Origin: Monocercomonoides exilis PA203
Lineage: Eukaryota; Protista; Preaxostyla
Assembly: GCA_001643675.2 (NCBI GenBank)
Contig: LSRY02000031.1
Location: 930,001 to 994,000 of the forward strand
Direction: 5' to 3'
Length of the DNA: 64,000 nt
This document shows, in pieces, positions 50,148 through 62,905 of this stretch (the first letter of the stretch is position 1; each line of letters starts with the position of its first letter). Under the pieces are notes generated by a model. It had not been told where the DNA came from. It saw only the letters and a list, made by a program, of their open reading frames with translations, and did not search any database. The position numbers were made by a program, and so were the translations under genes.

Positions 50148-53100
50148 ATGTATTTATTTGCAATTACGTTGCTTTTCTCAATATTTGGAGAAGAAGATGA
50201 TTGCACATTCAAAAAAAAAGAGCTTTACCGAATTGATCGCGTTGTTAAATGCCTTCAACATTTGCCAGTTTAACTTTTTTAAAATCTTTTTGTATTGTAT
50301 TGAAATTTTTATGTGATTATTTATTTTATTTGAAGTATGAAAAAGGAAAAGGAGAAACAGCGGATACAATGAAGACTGTGCGAAGTTACATCGACTGCTA
50401 TGCTTATAGGGATATCATGATCAATCCTCCTTCTCCATTTGCTGGATACGACATTCTTGCAGAATTAAAAAGAATTGAAAACACAGATTATGCAAATGGG
50501 CTGGATTTTCACCTTGCAATCGCAAACGCCTTTAATCGGCTTGAAGATGCACATGCAAATTATATTTTCCCTTGCTCGAGTTTATTTGCATATATTTTCC
50601 CTTTCAAATTTGTTTTTGAAGTTCCTAACCCTACGAAGCCAGCAGAAATTGTAGTCAAAATTGCAGAATCTCTTGTCAACGGAGCAACTAAGAAATTTAT
50701 TGATGAAGGCGGAATTAATATTACTGGAAAAGAAGTTGTTAAGTTAAATCTTCCTGATTTGGATGACTCTGTAAATTTGAAGCCCGAAGAAGCAATTGCT
50801 AAATGGGCAGATAAATTTGTTAAATCTTCTCGAACCCCTGCTGCCAAATTGGCATATGCATTGACTCAAGATGAATTCGTTGTAAGAGGTCTATCATCTT
50901 ATCCTATTCCAGAAGGAGAAATAGGAATAACCATAAAAACAGATAATGGGGAACAGACGGTTAATGTTCCGTTTTATGGATTATCAAATGCAGATATTAC
51001 AGATGTTAATGACATGCTTTCTACAAAATGTCCATCTCAAGAAAGGATACAAAGCAACAATATGACTGAGCAAACAAATGGTGAGCAATCACTTTTTGAG
51101 ATCGAAGAAAAACACTTCCAGTCAGTGATGAATGCGCATAAGGACGATCCACTATTCCAACAAATCTTTGAAAATATTTGGAAATCGCAAGAGTTGAGAA
51201 AAGTGTTCAGTAAGAATTCAAAAATTTTTCGGTCAAGTGAAAAATTGCTACTACCGTTTGAGAAAGAAATGCGTAGAAAAGTGGAGAAGATAATATCTGA
51301 GCAATTTGCTCTTTCAGACAAGAGAAAGAGCTGCAGACGAAATCTTTCATTCAAAGAGAGAGTGAGTGAAAAGATCAGAAAATTGAAAACTAATTCAAAC
51401 AACGATCAAAAAATACCCGTCAATTATACCTCCAATGAAGAAAAGCCTCAACTGAAAATACTAAAAAATACTTCACATGTTATTGCTGGAGTAATTGATG
51501 CATACAAAGTTGGCTATCTTTTCGTTGGAACTTTTGAACTTGTTACAACTGAAGAAATAGTTGAGTGGTTAAGTGGCATCATTAATGGAATTACATACAT
51601 AAAAGATCACGCGTATAAGCTTGTTGTTGATTTGCGCACAAATGGAGGAGGGCTTTTTACATTTTCTGATTGGCTATTTAAATTTTTGTTCCCAGAAGAA
51701 TATCCAATCTTTCCCACTAACACAGTTGTTGCTTCAGAATATTCAAAAAGGCATTTAAAATTGATTTCGCAGTCTCCTTTTAATTTCATAACCGAACCAA
51801 TGACACAGGAGTTGATAAATGATGTGTGGGAAAAACCAAAGAAAACAGTTCCCGTGATAGACGAAGATGGACAAGAGCGATCACAAGACTGGGTTTACAG
51901 ATTTGTGGAAGATTATGAACGAGCGCTCCAAAGTATTTTACAAGACGTACCCTTATCATACAGAAATGTGAGGATGTTTGCCCCAAGCGATATTATGTTT
52001 TTGACTGATGGTACATGCGGATCTGCTTGCGGTCGGCTTTTAAAGCATGTGAAAGAGAAGAAGCTGGGAAAAGTTGTGGGGCTTGGAGGTGTTTTGTCAG
52101 GAAGTTCAATTCCATTTGATATAGCTTCGTTTGCTGGAAGCAGTGTGATTGACACTAATGTTGTTGAAAGAAATCGTCCACAAAGCAGAGCGATGAATGA
52201 GAATACGCAGTTTCAAAACGTGACAAATGAAAATGTGTTTCCTTATCCTGGAAAAGTGCCCCGTCTTTCAACAAACATCAGAATATCACTTATTGCAGCA
52301 TACAGCCATGACTGGAATACTCCCGATGAGCTTCTTGAATTCAAAATAATCGAGCCAGATGAAATATTTCCGATTTATGCAGATCTGATAAACGGCTTCA
52401 ATCCTGAAGGTATTGTTAAAACGGTCGCACAAGTTAAGTCCTCATTTGACAAGTGCTATGACTGGGAGGTTAAAGATAACTACGCCTGTTCAATTCCAAG
52501 TGGCAACGAGCATGCTGTATTTGGGAACCCATGCGCTTCAGGATCATTTAACGAGAACCAATGTAAGCTCTCTCGTTGTGAACGTGGATATTACTTGAAC
52601 AAAGAAGGCAAGTGCAAGAAGCGTCCGTATATGGGACCCAGTGAATATCATGTGGATGATACTATTTGTAAGTTTCCTCAAATGGAGCCTGGGCGTGCAG
52701 ACCGTTTTATTGATTGTCTAAAGCAGCTTCCATATGACAAAAATGAAGCAGCGAAGACATTGAAGTCAATTCGAGGATATTTGGATATGTATGCTTATAG
52801 AGATATAATGGCTAATCCTCCTGCTCCATTCAAGAGCGATAAATTTGACATTCTGACAGAGCTGGACCGCATAGAAAAGACGGAATACACATCTGGACTG
52901 GACTTCCACAATGCAATTGGGCTGGCATTTTCAAAGATGAAAGATTCCGTTTCGATTTATCAATTCCCATGCTCTCAACCGTTTGCATTTGCTTTGCCTT
53001 ATAATTTCAAATTTGAAGTTCCAGATCCATCAAAGCCGGACGAGATTATTGTGAAATTGGTGGAATTGTTGCCTTTGGTAACTCAGGTTTATGAAAAGGA

Positions 53101-55138
53101 TATTGGTAGAAGTTTTAAAGAAAGAATTGTGACAAAAATTACAATGGACGATTTAGCAGAAGTAGCAAACGAGAAGCCAGAAGTTACAATTGCACGATGG
53201 TGCGATGAAAACATTCCATTTTCAAAATCACCAGCTGCTCGATTGAATTATGGATTAGAAAAGCATTTTGCCATTCGATCACTGACCTCATATGCAGTTA
53301 TGGATGGAAGCGTGAAAGTTACGCTGAAGAAGGACGATGGGGGAACAGAGACAATTCCCTTGTATTGGTACGGGATGTCCACATCAGAGATAAGTAGTTC
53401 AGGAGTATTGTATGACAATTTTTGCAAAGCAGCTAGCTCCACATCGAATGATGAGAAAGGATGGAAAACAACCGACGAAAAAGGTACAAAGCAGCTGCAG
53501 AAGTTGTTGCAGTCTACAAAGATGCATCAGAAAAAGTTAATTGACGAATACAAATTATCTGTTAACATGAGCAAAGAGCAGATAAAAATGCAAGATGAAG
53601 CGGAGATACGAAAAATCCGAGAGAAATATGCAAATGACACTCAATTTATCAATGTATTTGAGAAGTTTATTACGAACAAGCCTCTTCGTGCAATGCTTGC
53701 CAAAGATCGTATTTTACATCAGCCATTGGAGCATCTTCTTCCTCCAGCAGTTCAGGAATTGCATAAATTAATGGAGGAAGAAAACCAGAAGATGGCAGCT
53801 GAATCAAAGAGGAAACAGTCACGATCTAATGATGCAGCGGAAGTCAAAGAGATTGGAGAAATACCCAATGTTATTCATGGTGTTGTGATTCCTGGGTGGA
53901 AGATCGGATATTGCAGCATCAAGAGCTTTTCAGTCAGTGCCGAAGAAGATTTTTCAAAATTTGTTCAAATTGTTGTGAATGTTGTTCAAGAAGCTAAAAA
54001 CAACAACTTTAAGATGGTATTTGATGTTCGGGGAAATGGAGGAGGATCGAGCATTCTCAGTTCGATTGTATATCATTTGCTTTTTTCAGAGACATTTCCT
54101 TTGAACTCGCGTTACAAATACGTACGAGCCAAGCCATCTGATGCATTTGTAGCCACATTGGCAGATGGTGAAACATCACTGTTTACAGATTACGAAACGT
54201 TGGATGTTATTGATAAAGTGGCAAACATTCCAACAACAGAAAAGAAGACAATTGTTGATGGCAAAGAACGCTTTCAAACATGGAGTGGATCATTTGCCAT
54301 CAACTATGACAGACTTTTGTATTCTTTTATTGACGGACTGATTCCTTCCTCGCTTTATGGAAAGAACTTGTTTGATCCGAATGACTTATTGTTCGTTACA
54401 GATGGAGAATGTGCTGCAGCGTGCTCCTTATTCCTAAAACAGGTGAAAGAATCGCAGTTAGCTAAAGTTGTTGGTGTAGGAGGCGTGTTAACACGTAAAG
54501 ATGTTGGTTTTGACATTGCATCTTCAGGAGCCAATAGTGTTTTATCTCCTTCTATTTTAAAGGAGCTGAAATGTGAAACTGAAACAACTGAAGATTGGCC
54601 TTCGCAGTTTCCGCGTCAGAACACTGATGTGACACTTGCAGTGCTTGCAGGATATTCCTCTGACTGGAAGACACCAGACGAGCAGCTCGAGTTTAAGGTG
54701 ATTGAACCTGATGTTGTGTATCCGTATTATCCAAGCTTAGAAGAAGCAAGAAATGCGAATGGATATCTCACACTGTTGGCAAATGTGAAGAAGTATTTTG
54801 ATGTGTGCTATGGCTGGCAGGTGAAGGTAAATGGATCATGCGCTGTTCCAGATACAGATGCTAATGCAGTTTATGGAAATCCTTGCAAGGAAGGAAAGTT
54901 TGCTGACACTTGTGTGTTTGCTCGCTGTGCAAGTGGATATTATCGATATAAAGACTCAAAGTGTGTTAAAAGTCCAGTGATGACTCAACTGACAAAAGAA
55001 GAAAATCAACCGACAAAAAAGAAGCTGTCAGTCGGTGCAATTGTTGCTATTTCTGTAAGCGTCCCAGTTTTTGTTATCGTCATTGTTATCATTATAATTA
55101 TTTGTGTATGTAAAAAAAAGAATAAGTATGCATTATAA
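50148..55138 (+). CDS. Membrane-anchored tandem peptidase S41 (CPAF/tail-specific-protease-like); exons 50148-50267, 50336-55138
   Basis: Signal peptide MYLFAITLLFSIFG; intron 50268-50335. Two ~790-aa repeats, each with D(L/V)R.NGGG, TDG.C..AC and a Cys-rich tail. C-terminal TM VGAIVAISVSVPVFVIVIVIIIIICVC. Confidence 0.85.
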
Positions 55139-55491
55139 AGCATTGTATTTATGAGCAATAAAATACATTTTCTTTAACTGCTTTTTTATTTTTTTAATTG
55201 ATGTTGTGCTTTCAGATACAAAGGAAAATGAGTTTTTTTTAATTTAGGAATCAACATTCCCTAAACATAGGGATGCTGAATATATTTTACAAATCCGATG
55301 TATCTTTTATTGATTCTTGTCTATGTATTATTTTTTAAAAGAATTTGAATATTGATTCCCTTAATTTTTAAAGAAATACTAACACGTATTTTTATGATTT
55401 GTTAAAAGTCTAAGCATTTGAAGACTTCCTTTAATTAAGTTTTTGATTAAAAAAAGGCTTTCAAGTGAATAGATATTGAACTTTTTCAATA

Positions 55492-57485
55492 GGGTTATTA
55501 TTTTATCTTGACCCTTTTTCTTTATTCTGACCCAAAAAAATGAAGTGTTAAAAGTTCAAAAAATAACATGATTAAAAGAAAACAAAATCAGAATTAATTC
55601 TTCTGATAACTTTCCTTTTTCCTTCAGCTCGATATAATGCATTATCTTTCTTTTCTTCATCAGAATCATCGTTTTTCACATGAAGAAATCTTCTTTTTAT
55701 TTTTTTCTTTTCATCCACAACGGTCTTCACTTCATCTTTCTCCTTTTCATCCATTTCATTTTTCCTTTCAATATTCATTTTCAAATGATTTTCCCATTTC
55801 TCTAAAAGATTTTCGTCGGTTATCACTTTTCCATAAAAGTTGAATCTATTTCTTCTGGATGGAAGAGGGAAAATTGAAGATTCGGGCAGTTTCAAAAGAA
55901 CTGGCCCAGAAGAATTGTGAAGAACACCACTGCAGACAAAAGCTTTCTGAATTACAGAAGGTGATAATGCAGTGTGGATAGCTTGAGGCAGAACGTCGGA
56001 AATTGCAGCTCGTTTGGAGGAAGATGAAGAAGAAGAGGGAGCCTCAAATCTGTTTGTCAGTTCAGATTTGAATACAGCAAACACTCCTCTGTCCAGTGGT
56101 TGACAGAGGTGTGTGCTGTGTGGCACGAAGGTTAAAATGTCGACTTGTTGTTTTTGGAATTCTCGCCAGATCGATAGATCTGCGCGAGATGCATGCGAAT
56201 CAAGAAGGAGGAGAATGTGTTCGTTTTCAAGTGACATGCGCTTTCTTCTTTCGATGATGGAAGGAAGAAGAATTGTGAGAGCATACCTTTTAAAGCACTC
56301 GTTGTCCATCCAGCCGCTTCCATTTGCCCATATCTCAAGCGTTGGAGATAACAGACTTTTCAGCTCTTCTGGCAGCTTTGCACTTGGCCACAAAATGACT
56401 GAAGGAAAGGCATATCCGTCCGCTGCAACAGCTGCCACGAATGTGGAATTTATCATTCTTGGTGGTTCCTTCGAAAAACCTGCTTTTGTGTCTGTTGTAT
56501 GCACAACAAGCCGTTTTGAATCTGTAGGAACGCGCGTTGAAGATTCGTCAATGTTTATAATTAAAGCTGTATTGTAATTGTATTTTTCGTGCAGCTCGTC
56601 GAGTGTTTTGTACCAGTGTTTTAAAACACTTCTGCACGAAACAGCCAGTCTGTTAATGTCCAGATTCTTCGGCTTTCCAGTCTTCAGCTCCGGATGACGC
56701 TTGACAAAGCCATACGTGGCTGACATTGAAACTTCAGTAAATGGTGCATCTTCGTCATCGTTGTCGTTTATTACATTTTCAATCTGAAAAACAAATGATT
56801 AAAACATTTATATAAAAATAATACAAACCAATTCTCTTGTTTTTTTTAAAGTTAAACATGTTCCAGACTTTGCTTCAATGTGAATAATATCCATTACTCT
56901 TTGTTCCTTTTCGCCCACCACTGCTGCAGGTCTGCCAACTTTTCCAACCAGCCTTCCTTTCCTGAGAGCTCTAACTGCATTTTTTATTCCAGTGCGACTA
57001 AATTCCTTCGAATTGATAGCATCTGTCACACGAACAACTCCATCAACAACGATGTGAGCCATTCGCTCCAGCCGACTGTTGTATTTTCTATACTTGCGTG
57101 ATGACATTGCTCGCTGCAGTTTTTTCTTTCCTTCTTTTAATTTTATTTCTGTTGATATTTTCATTTTTTTAATAATATTTTTAAGATCATAATAATGTTT
57201 TATTTTTTTGATTGAAATGAAATGAAAAAAAATCAAAAAATAACATTTTTAACATACTAAAGGTTTTATGCTCCATGTAACCCTCCAATTCTACACAGAA
57301 GTTCAATGAAGGGGCCTAAACCCCCGATGCGAAATTGGGTTTGTTTCAAAATGAATTTATTTTTATCTGTTGAATTCATATATATACTAAAAATTCTTTA
57401 AAAATATGAAATTGTGGGAAAAGTTAATGATTAATTAAAAAAAAGGTCAAGATAAAAAAAAAAGGTCGAGATAAAATTATAACCC
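55492..57485 (-). mobile_element. Full-length pogo/Fot1-like (Tc1/mariner superfamily) DNA transposon, about 2.0 kb
   Basis: TIRs GGGTTATTATTTTATCTTGACC / GGTCGAGATAAAATTATAACCC with TA on both flanks; subterminal repeated GGTC(A/G)AGATAAAA motif. Confidence 0.88.
55572..57164 (-). CDS. DDE_1 (CENP-B/pogo-family) DD35D transposase; intron 56784-56828
   Basis: GRP motif, GFVKRHPEL, NIDES, NGSGWM, LLLDSHASR, P(H)STHLCQPLD.GVF, with 35 residues between the second and third D. A 45-nt GTTTGT...TTCAG intron joins ORFs 56808-57236 and 55572-56726. Start could be 57164 or 57107. Confidence 0.88.
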
Positions 57486-58362
57486 TATTTCAATTTTCTT
57501 TTTATCTTTTTCCATTTTATTTTTGAATGTTACACCAAAAATAATTCTATTTCGAAAATTAATAATTCGAATTCGTAATTTATTGATTCGATTTCGAAAA
57601 GAAATAATTCTATTTCGAAACGACAATTTTTTTGATTTGTGGAATTATTAACTTGAGTTTCTGAGTAAAAAATTCTCTTAATTTTGGTAAAATGTAACTT
57701 TTTGGGCCCGAAATATTTTTTCAGAAATCATCTTAAATTATTTCTTAAAAATACTCTGTTGTTGATAATTCGATTAATAAATGTGTTGTTGAGTTTCATA
57801 AACTTACATATTTGTTGTGAATTTCAGGAATATCACAAAAAATTGAACCATAATTTTTAAAAATTGACATTAACATAAATATTCTTTTTTATTCTCCAAA
57901 CTATTTCTTTCTTTATTTAACTTTAATCATAAAATCCTTTGGTTTTATTGTTGTTTTGAACAATATCTGAAGATATTTTATCATCTTTATTGTGTTATTT
58001 TAAAAACACACAAAAAATAATGAATAAAACTTTCTTTCCATTTGAGTGATAATGATTTTTAATAATGTTTTGATAGGGTTTTTCAACAAAAAAAACATAA
58101 TTTTTCTAAACTTAAAACATCATTCGTAGAATGTTTACATTAGAGGGTATCAAATTTGGTGAAATGTTGATAATAACTCACAGTTAAAATCGGGACCCAA
58201 TATGTTACATCTTACCTTAATTTTTTCCTTATCTATTCACTTTGTTTACAAATAATTAAAAAAAAAATAATGCATTTCCTTAAAAAAAATTTCATTCATT
58301 TTGATTGAAAATATAATATAATTTGTAGTTAATTTGAAAAGAAAATGAATTCATCTTCATTT

Positions 58363-58631
58363 GAGACATTATATTTGCCTTCAGGCATTTTCATTGAAAA
58401 ATTATGTATTTTTCATTGATTTTTTAAGATCAAAGAACACAATAAAAAAGGGTCCATTTTTTGAATTTTGTGAAATGCAGGAAATTTTTATGTTTTGATT
58501 TTAACGATGCCTGTTTTCGGGTATGAAAATGAAATTTATTTTGAAATCAAATAAAGTTATATAATGTTATGAGCGAATCAATTTTTCTATGCCTTGTGCA
58601 AAAAAAAGCTTGAAAGTCCATATTTTCCCCC
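58363..58631. mobile_element. MITE family A copy (269 bp)
   Basis: GAGAC...TTTTCCCCC ends, ATTT on both flanks; body collinear with 63342-63607. Confidence 0.8.
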
Positions 58632-59102
58632 ATTTAAAAAAATCGAAGTTTTTCCAAAAATCTCACAAAGAAAACAAAAAAAGAAACATTGGCAAAAAAT
58701 TCTTGTATTTTGAAATTCAATAAATGTGACTGAAAAATCACTATTTCCTTCAGATAATTCAAAATAATGAATTATTTGCATTTAACTTATCATCAGAGTG
58801 ATGATTTATGATAAAAAATTTTTTTCTATATAAATTGATTTATGGATTGTTTCAATTTTAAAAACAGGTTTTTTTTGAGTTCAATATATGACTGGGGTGA
58901 ATGGGAACATAACGTGCTGTTAATGCACTCTCTCAAATTTTCTCCCCTCTTATTAATAGGCTTTAACAAGTATTAAAAAATTCATATTAGTGGTGAATAA
59001 CAACATTTTAAAAAGCTGAAATTAAAAAAAAAATTTGATCACACACATAATTTAATTAATTTTTTTTTGCACAAAAATTTCTATTTTTTGATGTATTTGT
59101 TA

Positions 59103-59516
59103 TATATAGTTAGTGTTAATAATGGTGGACACTTTCAATAACTGTGGACAGTCGCATTATCTCAACAACCGTTTATAGTTGTATTTTGACAATTAACCCA
59201 ACTATTCTCTCAATGAATATGAACAAGCATGAATAGTTTATGTCACCAAACCAATTAAACGAAATTACACAAAAACAATTTTTTCTTTTCGGAGAAATTC
59301 GGAGAAATAAAATTCTCCGAGTTTCTCCGAAAATTGAAAATGTCTCTTTCTATTTTCTTGGGAGCAAGTTGTTTCATTTTTGAATGACTTATAAGTTTGC
59401 ATTCATTGAAGGAATAAATGGGTAAATTGATGAAATGCAACTATCAATAGTTGTTGAAATAATGCGACTGTCCACCATTATTGAAAGTGTCCACAATTAT
59501 TAACACTAACAATATA
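59103..59516. repeat. Foldback structure: ~120-bp imperfect inverted arms around an inner hairpin
   Basis: GTTAGTGTTAATAATGGTGGACACTTTCAATAACTGTGGACAGTCGCATTAT mirrors ATAATGCGACTGTCCACCATTATTGAAAGTGTCCACAATTATTAACACTAAC. Inner 21-bp-stem palindrome at 59286-59333. Confidence 0.9.
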
Positions 59517-59556
59517 AAAATCATGATTTTTTTATTTTTTGTATATTTCCATCTTT

Positions 59557-60602
59557 ATGACATCCTGTTTGAATGATTCAAACGTAGAAATAAGTAAAAT
59601 GAAAGAAACTTTCTTTTGTCTTTCTTGTTTTTTCAATTGGCTTGTTGGGAACATTCTTCAAAATAAGGATAAACGATGTCCAAAATGTGAGAATAAAATG
59701 CGTTTATATACAAGATCGGAGACAATGAGGCAACTAAGATGTTTTAAATGTGGAAAGGCAATAATCATTTTTGAAGTAACTTCGTTCAGATATTCAAAAA
59801 TTCCAGTTAACAATCTTCTTCAAATTTTTTTGTATTTTTCTCTTAAATTGTACATCACTCAATCAAGCATTTTGTATAATGTTAGCAGAATGACAGTTGG
59901 ATTCTGGTATTCCCATTGCAGATCTGTTTCTTCAAAAATTATAATGGAAAATTTCGATCCTATTGGGGGAGAGGGTCATATCGTGGAAGTCGACGAAGCT
60001 ATATTGAGAAAAAGAAAATTTCATAAAGGAAGAAAAAAGGCACAAGTCTGGCTTTTTGGAGGAATAGAAAGAAAGCGTGAAGATGGAGGAGGAAGATTTT
60101 TAATTATTCGCGTGAAGAATAGAGCAGAAGAACCTTATTGCCTGTCATTTTAGCTAACACAAAACCAAAGACAACAATTTATAGTGATGAATTGTGCGCT
60201 TTCAACTGCCTAAATGATTTCAACTTCACTCACATGACTGTGAGTCACAAATATCATTTTGTTGACCCAATTTCAGGAGTTTGAACAAATGGAATAGAGG
60301 GTTTGTGGTCAAGGTTTCGTGCGTTTTTGCCTTGAACTGGTACAAAAGACAAATTCATTGATGATTTCATTTCCAATTTCATGTTTCATTCATCAAAGAA
60401 TAACACTTTAAAATAATTAGTTAAAGAAATAATGAACTCTCTTCCAACTGATATAAAAGGAGACTACGAAGAATCAAGTGAAGCTGATGAAGGCGATGAT
60501 TCAATGACCCCACTTGCGGATGACACTGATTCCAGCAGCAGCAGCAGCAGCAGTTTTGGAGCAGGAGATGGCTTATCTGCATCTGAGTGTGAAGATTCAT
60601 AG
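59557..60602 (+). pseudogene. Merlin / IS1595 (ISXO2-like) transposase pseudogene
   Basis: Zn ribbon CPKC...CFKC and IGGEGHIVEVDEA...RKFHKGR...WLFGGIER. After a frameshift near 60133: TTIYSDE, H.TV.HKYHFVDP.SGV*TNGIEGLWS, with internal stops. Confidence 0.88.
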
Positions 60603-60906
60603 AAATTTTTGTCACTCAATTGTCTTTGTAAAGAATTTTTAAGAATTATTATTTTCTCAAACACTTTTGAATCTCTTCATTCACTACATAAATAGTTTTG
60701 TAATAACGTATTATTGATATTTTTTTTAGAAGATTTCAAAATGAAAGCCTTTTTGAACAGTCCATTTTGTTCTCACTTACCATGACTGGTTTAAAATTAA
60801 CTTGACACTTTACCAAATCCATCAAAAAAAATAATTATTTTCAGTTTTAAATGAATTTCGAATATGAATCATTAATTTTTGATTTAGAATTATATTTGGT
60901 GTAATT

Positions 60907-61146
60907 GGGTGATCCTTTTTGAAAAGTCACAAATGTTTAATTTTCAAATATTTCTTAATATTCATTTTTTGCTCAAATTTCTGTTTCAGCTCACAAATCT
61001 CCTCAAGAATGTTTGAAATTGCATTATCAAGATTTTGATTCCATTTAAGTTAAGTTTCATATTAGAAAACAATATATTTTGCCAAATATGAAATTTTAGA
61101 TTAATTAGAAAATAAAACATTTGTGACTTTTCTTAAAGAATCACCT
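60907..61146. mobile_element. MITE related to family D (240 bp)
   Basis: About 32-bp imperfect TIR GGGTGATCCTTTTTGAAAAGTCACAAATGTTT ... AAACATTTGTGACTTTTCTTAAAGAATCACCT; flanks AATT/ATTT. Confidence 0.75.
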
Positions 61147-61527
61147 ATTTTGAATGAAAATTATTTATTCAAATTAATATTTTTTTATAATAGACAAAAT
61201 AAGCTTCTTTTGTTATGAAATTATAATAATACTTAAAATAACGTAATCATTTCTATGAATGTTGTTTGAAAAATAAAGTTCATCGATGAAAAACAACAAA
61301 AAGTTTAGATGAGTGGTGAAATTAATTCAATTCCAGAAAAATGGATGAAATTCGAATAAGACATTTTATTTTGAATAGAAATTGTTTATTTGAATTAACA
61401 ACCTTTATTTCAAATACAGGCAGCTTATTCTAATAATCCTGGTTTTTTTGAGAACTGAGCACTTTATTTGTGTAATTTTTTATTTTGGGATTAATTTATC
61501 AGAATACTCAAAAGTTGAAAAGAATAT

Positions 61528-61781
61528 GAGTGATTTTTTTTGAAATCATAACTTTTTTTGTGTTTTGAATTTTCAAATTCTGCTTCTCATAGGGAAAAGC
61601 TTTTGAATTCAAATGCTTCATTTTTCACAAATGTTTTAAGAATAAATGAATCAGCTGAAATCAATATTCAAATGTTTTTATTGAGACTTTTCACTCTTCA
61701 GTGATCATGAATTTATGATCAAAGGAAATGCTTAACCCGTAAATTTTGAACGAAAAAGTATGATTTCAAAAATAATAACCC
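61528..61781. mobile_element. MITE family C copy (254 bp)
   Basis: GAGTGATTTTTTTTGAAATCATAACT...ATGATTTCAAAAATAATAACCC; flanks ATAT/ATGT. Confidence 0.8.
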
Positions 61782-62124
61782 ATGTCATATTGCCAAATTA
61801 TTTGTGTGATGAAAATAATATCTCATTTGTAATTTCCATCGATTTCATTCATAATTTCGTTAAGTTGAAAAATAAAAGAGGCAATGGAACGATCAAAATG
61901 GTTTGAAATAAATTAAAAATGGTAACTTTGTCTTTTGAAGATCTTTTCATCTTTTGATAACTATTGAATGAGTTGGCTTCTTTAACAAAAGATTTATCGA
62001 ATTTCTTTTTTGAAACAATAAAAACGGAAATATTTTTAGTCAATATTTGAATATAAAAAAAATGAATCATGGAGAATTCATTTTTCCCCAAATTATCCAA
62101 TCTTTTGTCGAGCATAAACGATTT

Positions 62125-62393
62125 GGGGAAAAAATACGGACTTTCAAACTTTTTTTGCGCAAAGCATTGAAAAAATGCTTCTCTCATAACATTATATAAC
62201 TTTATCAGATTTTGAAAAAAATTTGATTTTCATATCTGTAAACAAACATAGTTGAAATCAAAACATGAAGTTTTTCAAGATTTCACGAATATCGAAAAAT
62301 GGACCCATTTTTTTTGTGTTTTTTGTTCTGAAAAAGTCAATGAAAAGTGCATTATTATTCAGTGAAAATGCCTGAAGGGAAATATTTTGCCCC
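62125..62393. mobile_element. MITE family A copy (269 bp)
   Basis: GGGG...GCCCC ends, ATTT on both flanks; collinear with 17476-17743. Confidence 0.85.
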
Positions 62394-62651
62394 ATTTTAG
62401 AAATTTCAATTTTGTTTTTTCTAATTATCATCAAATGAATTGTTACTCACAATTTGATGATTTTCAAACAAGTTTTCTTTGTGTACACGCTCTTGAATTA
62501 ATTTCTCTTATATGTTGTTGTTGAGTTTCCTTTCTTCAGGAAAATTCAGTTTCCTCTAGTTTTTTTCATTTCATCAAAGAGTTTCAAATTGTTCCATTAG
62601 ATTGTAATATTCGCAATCCTGCAAGCTTTTTAAAAATCTGATGAAATATAT

Positions 62652-62905
62652 GCGTGATTATTTTCGAATCCATATTTTTCCATTTATAAATTTTGGTTTG
62701 AAAATTCACATTGAATATTATTTCATGAACACAAAAAAGTCATTTTTTCTTTCAAAGATAATTTTTTCATGAATAAAATCACAAACATCGTTTTTGTTTT
62801 TAACTCACTCTGTTTTCTTTTGAATGAATAATTCCTCTGTAAAGAAACAAAACCTTTGAAAAGCAAACACACCGAAAAAAGTTATGTTTAGAAAAATAAT
62901 CACAC
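62652..62905. mobile_element. MITE family C copy (254 bp) inside the transposase pseudogene
   Basis: GCGTGATTATTTTCGAATCCAT...ATGTTTAGAAAAATAATCACAC; ATAT on both flanks. Confidence 0.8.

Larger units (their letters stand above)
57533..60901. mobile_element. Second CAC-ended element, expanded to about 3.4 kb by nested insertions
   Basis: TA|CACCAAAAATAATTC with 21-bp repeats at 57540-57620; GAATTATATTTGGTG|TA with degenerate repeats at 60850-60901. Pairing of the two ends is inferred. Confidence 0.55.

Noticed and set aside
60790-60814. CTTGACACTTTACC as the Merlin right TIR
   Set aside because: Only weak similarity to GGTAAATTGA at 59421 and no 8-9 bp TSD.
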